Assembly: GCA_964626665.1 (NCBI GenBank)
Contig: CAZVGK010000002.1
Location: 1-64,000, forward strand
DNA from: an uncultured Gemmatimonadota bacterium
Lineage (GTDB): Bacteria; SM23-81; DAOVCL01
DNA: 64,000 bases
Direction: 5' to 3'
The notes beneath the pieces were generated by a model that saw nothing but the letters and a program-made list of their open reading frames with translations, did no database searches and was not told the origin of the DNA. Position numbers and translations under genes: made by a program. Position 1 is the first letter of the stretch. Each line of letters starts with the position of its first letter. This document shows positions 57,299 through 64,000 of the stretch, one piece after another.

Positions 57299-57715
57299 AT
57301 GATAGTTGCCGTTGTTGATGGTTTGGGTGGGGGGATTGGAGCCCAGATGGTCTCTGAGCTTAGGGGAACTCTACCTGAGGATGTGGAGATCTGGGCGTTA
57401 GGAACAAATGCGGTGGCTACTGCCAATATGATAAAGGCGGGGGCCCGGCGGGGGGTCTCGGGGGAGAACGCCATCTGCTACACCTTAAGATCTGTTGATC
57501 TTATCACTGGCCCCTTAGGCATCGTTCTGGCCAATTCTATGATGGGAGAGCTTACCCCCAAAGCCGCTGAGGCCACAGCCTCCTCACCGGCGGTAAAGGT
57601 ACTTCTTCCCATCGATATCTGTGGAGTGGAAATTGTAGGGACAAAGAAAGAGCCCCTATCCCACCTGATCAAGAAACTTGCGGCCCGAATTGCAGCTATC
57701 GTCAGAGACCGCTAA
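57299..57715 (+). CDS. DUF3842 family protein
   Basis: VVDGLGGGIG, ALGTNAVATANM.KAGA..G.SGENAI, NSMMGELTP; ATG 57299. Confidence 0.85.
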   Translation: MIVAVVDGLGGGIGAQMVSELRGTLPEDVEIWALGTNAVATANMIKAGARRGVSGENAICYTLRSVDLITGPLGIVLANSMMGELTPKAAEATASSPAVKVLLPIDICGVEIVGTKKEPLSHLIKKLAARIAAIVRDR

Positions 57716-58188
57716 CCACGGCCTTGGCAACCGGAAATAATCGGGGCCTTGAGGGCCCTGTATGGGGTTAAAGCCCTGGGGAGGTCCCCCCAGCTAAAGC
57801 TGGGTAGAAGAACGGAAAATGGAAATTAGAAATTGGGAAACACTCGGAGTAACCTCATGGGGAACAACTCAGCCGTCCGCTTTTAGCATTTCTATTTTCC
57901 CATTTTCTTATTTTCCTAATTTCCGCCTTTCCGATCTACGATAGTAGTTTCCCCCCATGAGTAAAATCCCTGTAATCTGTGGTCTTGTTTGGTCGCGGTT
58001 TTGCCGCGCTGTATCTATCCACCCCCAAAGTGGTAATTCTTATTGCAATCGGGGTATCTGAATACCTCAGAAATGTCTGCAGACAGATATTAAGGAGGTG
58101 AAAATTCCTTTTCATGCAACCGGTGAGCCAGAAGCTTGCCTCTGTAGTTCGAAGCTAAAGTCCAACCCTAAAAATTTGGAGGCAGGTA

Positions 58189-60021
58189 ATGCGAGCATTA
58201 AACTTTAAGCTTGGCCTTTTCATCCTCTTCCTCCTCGGTCTGGTCCAGACTGGCTTTGGTGAGGGGCAGGAGGATACGTTGATGACTTACCGCCTACCGG
58301 AAATCGTGGTGACGGCTACAAGGACGGAAAGGGCGATAAGGGACCTCTCGGCGACGGTGAGCGTAATCTCCCGGGAGGAGATTGCAGCATCCAACGCCAA
58401 CTCTTGTACAGGCATTTTGAATACATTGCCCGGGCTCTTTGTGCAGCGCACAGGAGCCTTTGGCCGGGCCGATGTGGACATCAGAGGCTTAGGTGATGGT
58501 GGAAGGAGGGTAATGGTGCTTGTTGACGGGCGACCGGTAAAGATGGGGCTCTTCGGCTGCACGATTACTCACTCTCTTCCCCTGGACAATGTGGAGCGGG
58601 TTGAGGTGGTCAGGGGCCCGCTCTCCGTTCTCTATGGCTCAGATGCCCTGGGTGGAGTGATAAACATAATAACCAGGAAGCCCACAAAACCAAGGGAGAT
58701 GGATTACACCCTCTCCTTGGGCAGCAACCATACCTCCCAAAATCGGCTGCGAGTGGGTGGGGTGCACGGCCCCTGGGATCTCTATGCCACTGCGGACAGG
58801 AGGAGAAGCGATGGTTATCTGCCCCATTCCTCCTATAAGGGCAACGACTTCACTGCTCGGCTGGGCTACGAAATTACCGGCAATCTGGAGGCAGCCCTTA
58901 CCGGAAAATATTTTGATGGCTACAAAGAAGAACCGACTACCGACCCTGATACTATTTCGGAAACCTGGAATGACTACAAGAGGGGGGCGGTGGATTTAAC
59001 TCTCACCAGTAAATGGAAAAGGTGGAACGGCTTGATTAAGCTCTACCGCAATTTTGGCAAACACGAGCTCTCCGATGGCTGGCATTCCCAGGACTTCACC
59101 AATGGTGCCGTCTTCAACGGATCAGGCAAGGTTTTCCCTAACAACGAGCTCACCATTGGGGCGGAATTTCGACAGCAAGGCGGAAAGAGGATAAGCCAAC
59201 CCTTAGGTGAATGGGACAAGGCCGAGTATGCCCTTTTCCTTCATGATGAGCAGATCCTCTTTAGAAAAGTGATCCTTACCTATGGGGGAAGATACAACCA
59301 GGATGAGATCTCTGGCGGTGAATTCTCCCCTCAGGTGGGATTGGTCTTCCACCCCAGGGAGGGAACCGCAATCCGCGGGGCGGTGAACAAGGGCTTCCGT
59401 TCTCCCCAAATCAATGAGTTCTACCTCTTTCCCCCATCCAATACCAACCTCAAACCGGAGGAAGTCTGGAACTACGAGGTGGGATTTACCCAGCGGATCG
59501 TAGAAGGGGTGAAGGTGGAGCTTGTTGGTTATAGGATGAAGGGGAAAAACCTCATCCAGAAGGAGAAAGTTCCCGGACATACTCCCCCTTTCCAATTTCA
59601 AAACACTGGAAAATTCGAGTTCAAGGGAATGGATGTTGGCCTTAGGGTCCAGGTCAATAGGGAACTCTCCGGGAGGATCTACTACACCTACCTCGATCCA
59701 GGTGAAAAGACCACAGGAAGGCCCGGGGATAAGATCGATCTATCCTTGAGATATGCCGGAAAGAGGCTGCGGTTTTCCCTGACCGGTCAATATGTTGCCG
59801 ACTACTTCGCTGCGGATGATCGGAAGGAACCTATCCCAGATTACTTTATGGCCAATACCAAGCTGAGCTATGAGTTCATCCCTCATCTGGAAACCTTCTT
59901 CGCAGTCGACAACATCTTCGATAGAGAATATGAAATCTATGCGGACATCCCTGGTGACCAGGCGGGCCGTTATACAATGCCCAAAAGGGTTCTCACTATA
60001 GGGTTAAATCTCAAATACTAA
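58189..60021 (+). CDS. TonB-dependent receptor
   Basis: EIVVTATR plug, VLVDG.P, VERVEVVRGP.SVLYGSDALGGVINIIT, L.PE...NYE.G, NIFDR.Y, terminal aromatic residue. Confidence 0.93.
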   Translation: MRALNFKLGLFILFLLGLVQTGFGEGQEDTLMTYRLPEIVVTATRTERAIRDLSATVSVISREEIAASNANSCTGILNTLPGLFVQRTGAFGRADVDIRGLGDGGRRVMVLVDGRPVKMGLFGCTITHSLPLDNVERVEVVRGPLSVLYGSDALGGVINIITRKPTKPREMDYTLSLGSNHTSQNRLRVGGVHGPWDLYATADRRRSDGYLPHSSYKGNDFTARLGYEITGNLEAALTGKYFDGYKEEPTTDPDTISETWNDYKRGAVDLTLTSKWKRWNGLIKLYRNFGKHELSDGWHSQDFTNGAVFNGSGKVFPNNELTIGAEFRQQGGKRISQPLGEWDKAEYALFLHDEQILFRKVILTYGGRYNQDEISGGEFSPQVGLVFHPREGTAIRGAVNKGFRSPQINEFYLFPPSNTNLKPEEVWNYEVGFTQRIVEGVKVELVGYRMKGKNLIQKEKVPGHTPPFQFQNTGKFEFKGMDVGLRVQVNRELSGRIYYTYLDPGEKTTGRPGDKIDLSLRYAGKRLRFSLTGQYVADYFAADDRKEPIPDYFMANTKLSYEFIPHLETFFAVDNIFDREYEIYADIPGDQAGRYTMPKRVLTIGLNLKY

Positions 60022-60641
60022 CCCAACGTTTCGGAATTCTTAGGAATTCAGAAACGTCGGGGGTCGTTTGAAGGGGGTAAGCCCCCCTTCAATCTTGGCA
60101 GCGGAGCAATCTGAGCTGGCGTAGGATTGTGGAGCGTCATAGGGTCGTGAGACCTTCTGGAGAAATTAGCGACCGAAGGGAGCTAAGTTCTGATGGGGGT
60201 TACACTGCAAGGGTGTAGCCCCCATTGCCCTAAAAGAGGGCATTGCTAAATCTGAAATCCCTTAGTTGGCTGGGAAATCTGCCCATTCTGAACAGTAAGC
60301 ATCCCTATTCCGGAGGCAAAAAGTAGCAGAAGAAGGTTTCTACCACCCCAAGGGAATCCTCGAGTAAGCCTGGGGAGAAGGATTCAACTGCACTTTAGTG
60401 TGGGTCACTATAGAGTGTGGTAACTCCTGTTGACGTATGCTGTGACAAGAGTCACAGCACTCCAAAGAGGCTACCCGTCCCGAACCGGAACGGGTCGGGA
60501 AAGCCCCAAAGAGGTTACCTCAGCTAAAGCCGGGTAGAAAGGGTCAACTTCCACCTTATTTGTTAAGAACTCGCCTTATGAATTCAGTCAGCCCTTTTTC
60601 CACTTGCAATTGGAAGGGGATTTTGTTAATATTAGTCCACA

Positions 60642-61643
60642 ATGGTCCAGCCAACCATAGGAATTACCATGGGGGATCCCGGAGGGATTGGCCCAGAGGT
60701 GACCATCAAGGCCCTGCAAGACCCCCAGATTGATTTCCCCTTCCAACCCCTGCTTATCGGTTCCCAGGCAGTCTTCGAAAGGACTGCCCAGAGCCTCTCC
60801 TCTAAGCTTGAGTTTAAAACCTTAGAGGAGGTTGCAGAAATCCAGGGGGATGAGATTGGGGTTATAGACCCTGTGGACACCGCTCCCGGGGACCTGCCCG
60901 TAGGTAAGGTCTCCCCCATCTCCGGGAGGGCAGCAATGAAAGCCCTTATCCGGGGTATAGACCTGGTTCAAAAAGGGGTGATCGATGCTTTAGTCACCGG
61001 GCCGATATCTAAGCGGGCAGCCCATTTGGCCGGCTACCACTTCCCGGGACAGACGGAGCTTCTGGCCCATTATACCAGGACTTCCTCCTTTGTGATGATG
61101 CTGGCCAATCAAAAGTTAAGGGTGGCCCTGGTTACCACTCACCTTCCCCTCTCCCAGGTGAGCGATAACCTCTCCGTGGAGGTCATCCAGGACAAGCTCA
61201 GGGTAACCGACCAGGGGCTCAAGGACTATTTTGCCATCCCTTCCCCCAGGATAGGGGTGGCCGCACTAAACCCTCATGGGGGAGAGGGGGGGGATTTAGG
61301 GGAGGAGGAGATCAAATTTATCACCCCCGCTATAGAGAGGTCCCGGAAGGAAGGGATAGATGTCCAGGGGCCATTTCCCTGCGATACCCTCTTTACTCCT
61401 CCCTTTCTCTCGAGGTTTGATGCCATCTTGGCTATGTATCACGACCAGGGGCTCATCCCGGTAAAGTTACTCGGATTTGGCCAATCGGTGAATATCACTC
61501 TGGGATTGCCCATAATCAGGACATCCCCTGACCATGGGGTGGCCCTGGATATCGCTGGTCAGGGGAGGGCAGATCCGGGAAGTATGATCGCGGCCATTAG
61601 GATGGCCTACCTGATGAAGGAGGCCAGGGGTGCAAATTCTTAG
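60642..61643 (+). CDS. pdxA: 4-hydroxythreonine-4-phosphate dehydrogenase
   Basis: ITMGDP.GIGPE, LVTTHLPL, LNPH.GE.G, MYHDQGLIP.K, N.TLGLPIIRTSPDHG.ALDIAG. Confidence 0.95.
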   Translation: MVQPTIGITMGDPGGIGPEVTIKALQDPQIDFPFQPLLIGSQAVFERTAQSLSSKLEFKTLEEVAEIQGDEIGVIDPVDTAPGDLPVGKVSPISGRAAMKALIRGIDLVQKGVIDALVTGPISKRAAHLAGYHFPGQTELLAHYTRTSSFVMMLANQKLRVALVTTHLPLSQVSDNLSVEVIQDKLRVTDQGLKDYFAIPSPRIGVAALNPHGGEGGDLGEEEIKFITPAIERSRKEGIDVQGPFPCDTLFTPPFLSRFDAILAMYHDQGLIPVKLLGFGQSVNITLGLPIIRTSPDHGVALDIAGQGRADPGSMIAAIRMAYLMKEARGANS

Positions 61644-62280
61644 CTTTGAGCGGGTAAGCCTCCGCTACCCGGGGGGGATTGAGGCCTTGCAGGAGGTAAG
61701 CTTTGCCCTAAATAAGGGTGAGCTGCTCACCTTAGTGGGGCCCAATGAATCAGGGAAGACCACCCTGCTCAAGCTTATCTATATGGAGCTTCTTCCCACC
61801 CGAGGAATTGTTAGGGTAAATGGGTTCTCCTCGAACAAAATAAGGCCCCGGGATATTCCCTATTTGAGGAGGAAGTTGGGAATAGTTCCGCAGACCACCG
61901 AGCTCCTGGAGGAAAGGGATGTCTTTGAGAATGTGGCCCTGGCTATGAGAGCGGTGGGAGGAAAGGGGATAAGGAGAAGGGTCTGGGAGGTGTTGGGCCA
62001 AACAGGCCTGAGCAGCAGAGCAAGGTCTTCACCCCAGCAGCTTTCGGGGGGAGAGACCAAGAGGGTGGCTATTGCCAGAGCCCTGGTGAACCAACCGCTC
62101 TTGCTTTTAGCCGATGAGCCCACCGGGGGGATAGACCGGGAGAGGGCAGAGGGGATTATCTCCCTCTTAAAGAGGATAAATTCTCAGGGGACGGCCATCC
62201 TCTTGGCCACCCAGGAGGAAAGGGGAGCGCAGCGCCTGGCCGGGGAAGTTCTGAGAATAACCAAGGGGAGGCTCATATAG
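61630..62280 (+). CDS. ftsE: Cell-division ABC ATPase FtsE
   Basis: IPYLRRKLGIV.Q, LSGGE, IARALVN.P.LLLADEPT; upstream of ftsX. Confidence 0.85.
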   Translation: MQILSFERVSLRYPGGIEALQEVSFALNKGELLTLVGPNESGKTTLLKLIYMELLPTRGIVRVNGFSSNKIRPRDIPYLRRKLGIVPQTTELLEERDVFENVALAMRAVGGKGIRRRVWEVLGQTGLSSRARSSPQQLSGGETKRVAIARALVNQPLLLLADEPTGGIDRERAEGIISLLKRINSQGTAILLATQEERGAQRLAGEVLRITKGRLI

Positions 62281-63129
62281 ATGGCCTCTACCTATATCTA
62301 TGGGATAAACGAGGCCCTCCGCAGTCTCAGAAGGTATCCCATCCGTTTCCTGGTCTCCCTCTGCACCATCTCCCTCTCCCTGCTTCTCTTGGGAGCCTTT
62401 CTCTGTTTGACTTTCAACCTGAGGTTTACCCTAGGAAACCTGAGGTCTAAGATAGAGATAGAGGCATTTCTCAAGGATGGGATTAGCAACTCCCAGCTTA
62501 AGGAGCTGGGCCAGAAGGTGAGGCAAATCACGGGAGTTAAGGATGTTATCCTGGTAAGTAAGGAGGAGGCCCTTCTTGAACTCCAGAGGGAGTTCGGCCA
62601 AAAGTTCACCGATGATTTAGGGACCAACCCCCTTCCCTCTTCTCTCCGGATAAGGCTCAGGGAGGGATGGCGTAAAGGGAAGATGGTGCAAGGGATAGCC
62701 GCAAGGGTAGATTCACTGGATGAAGTAGAGGAGGTGGAATATGGGGGGGAGTGGCTGGCCAGGCTGGACAGATTTGTCTTCAACCTTCTTTTACTTGACC
62801 TTATATTGGGAGTGATCATTGGACTTTCCTCCTTTATGTCGGTCTCCAATGTGGTGGGTAGAACCTTCCTTGCCCGGCGAAAGGAGGTGGAGATAATGAG
62901 GCTGGTGGGAGCTACCAACCGATTTATTCGGAGACCTTTCCTCTATGAAGGTCTTTTTCAGGGGCTTTTGGGTGGAATGATAGGAGCGGCTTTTCTCTAC
63001 CTCATCTTCCTTCTCCTCTCCCCGCAGCTCCCTTCTGGGGCGATGCTTCCCCCCCAGGTTTGCGGGCTGCAAATTGGCCTGGGAGCTGCATTTGGTGGTT
63101 TAGGAGGGAGGTTCTCCCTTGCTCGTTAG
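62281..63129 (+). CDS. ftsX: Cell-division permease FtsX
   Basis: VSKEEAL, NPLPSS, V.EV.YG.EW, RRKEVEIMRLVGATNRFIRRPFLYEG. Confidence 0.9.
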   Translation: MASTYIYGINEALRSLRRYPIRFLVSLCTISLSLLLLGAFLCLTFNLRFTLGNLRSKIEIEAFLKDGISNSQLKELGQKVRQITGVKDVILVSKEEALLELQREFGQKFTDDLGTNPLPSSLRIRLREGWRKGKMVQGIAARVDSLDEVEEVEYGGEWLARLDRFVFNLLLLDLILGVIIGLSSFMSVSNVVGRTFLARRKEVEIMRLVGATNRFIRRPFLYEGLFQGLLGGMIGAAFLYLIFLLLSPQLPSGAMLPPQVCGLQIGLGAAFGGLGGRFSLAR

Positions 63130-64000
63130 GTTGGCCTGCAAGATTCCCCTTCTCTTTCTCCTCTTGAGCTTAAGGGTGGCGGGAGCGGAAATTGAGGACT
63201 ATGACCGGAAGCTGGCCCACCAGGAGGGGAAATTGGCCAAGACAAGGAAGGAGCTGGCCCAGAAGAGGAAGGAGGCAAAGAATCTGGCCAAAAAGGAGAA
63301 AAGCTTCCTCGCCCAACTTGAGGATGTGGAGAAGAGGCTGGAACTCTCCCAGGCCCTCATCCGCGGTCTGGCCAAAAAGGAAGAGTTACTCAAAGGTTCC
63401 ATCGCCCAACTTAATGAAAACCTCAAGGTCCTGGAAAAGGACTTGGGAAAGAGGAGAAACGGCTGGTCAAGGAGGGTAAGGGATATCTGTGAAAGGGGGA
63501 AGATAAGCGATTTGGAGCTCCTCTTCTCCTCTCAGTCCCTCCCCCAACTCCTCTCCCGAGAGAGATTCCTTGCCCTGATCGCCCGTGGAGACAGGATGTA
63601 CCTCCAGGAACTGAGCTCCCAAAGGAAGACCCTCTTGGAGGAAAAGGAAAAGCTAAGGGCAGAGAAATTGGGGGTGGAGGAGGCAAAGGGGGAGAGGGAA
63701 AAGGAGAAGATTGCCTTAAGGAGGGATTATAAGAGGAGGCAGAAGCTCCTCCGCAAAGTGAAGCTAAAGAAGGCAAACTATGCCCAAGCCATCAGTGATT
63801 TAGAATCAAGTTCCCAGCAGATTCAGAGGATAATAAATGACCTGCAAAAGCAGAGGAGGGAATACTTAGCCCAGGGTTCATTTGCCGCCCAGAAAGGTCA
63901 TCTCCCCTGGCCAGTTGTAGGGAAGGTTGTCTCTAAATTCGGCAGACACCTTCACCCCGTATTCCAGACGGTCACCTTTAACGAGGGGGTGGAGATAAAG
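63119..64000 (+). CDS. envC: EnvC-like murein hydrolase activator (partial, runs off window; absent from ORF track)
   Basis: TTG after AGGAGGGAG; open to window end; signal peptide, long coiled coil, FAAQKGHLPWPVVGKVVSKFG...NEGVEI (M23 start). Confidence 0.85.
   Translation, partial: MLVRLACKIPLLFLLLSLRVAGAEIEDYDRKLAHQEGKLAKTRKELAQKRKEAKNLAKKEKSFLAQLEDVEKRLELSQALIRGLAKKEELLKGSIAQLNENLKVLEKDLGKRRNGWSRRVRDICERGKISDLELLFSSQSLPQLLSRERFLALIARGDRMYLQELSSQRKTLLEEKEKLRAEKLGVEEAKGEREKEKIALRRDYKRRQKLLRKVKLKKANYAQAISDLESSSQQIQRIINDLQKQRREYLAQGSFAAQKGHLPWPVVGKVVSKFGRHLHPVFQTVTFNEGVEIK

Noticed and set aside
58040-58145. Cobalamin riboswitch before the TonB receptor
   Set aside because: Only a GAGCCAGAAG..TGCC fragment resembles the B12 box; the other conserved elements were not found. 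An Rfam scan would settle it.
1309-62918. Numerous antisense and alternate-frame ORFs overlapping called genes
   Set aside because: Fully overlap well-supported genes and lack motifs; expected shadow ORFs.
63192-63776. Short ORFs at the window end
   Set aside because: Shadows of the envC frame, which is open from 63119 to the edge.

Overview
Window from a diderm bacterium. Two large secreted proteins with 'QNYPNPFN' FlgD-Ig C-termini, a Bat operon, a DUF3078-like barrel and a TonB receptor suggest an FCB-related candidate phylum (inference). Layout: (1) 1.3-16.3 kb, a DUF58-batABCD-lepB-batE operon broken up by inserted genes and a deletion scar. (2) 17.9-48.3 kb, a near-complete contractile injection system (eCIS/CIS) with Afp15-type AAA ATPase, Pvc16, sheath, two tubes, LysM initiator, VgrG, PAAR, gp25, baseplate J and tail protein I. 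It also carries a chaperone pair joined by a likely -1 frameshift on G7, a tandem set of cargo-like proteins sharing an N-terminal leader, a DUF4159-tipped fibre-like protein, and a bitopic CisA-like membrane adaptor with periplasmic Ig and TPR-like repeats. This is the best candidate for an undescribed system: a membrane-tethered, Streptomyces-like CIS in a two-membrane cell. (3) 48.6-64 kb, mostly housekeeping: ABC exporter, phasin/AarF kinase, DUF3842, TonB receptor, pdxA-ftsEX-envC. Many intergenic gaps hold short palindromic or nested repeats, REP/RAYT elements, and 7-nt-periodic arrays linked to four-helix-bundle (Avd-like) genes. All family assignments come from motif recognition by eye; no database searches were run.
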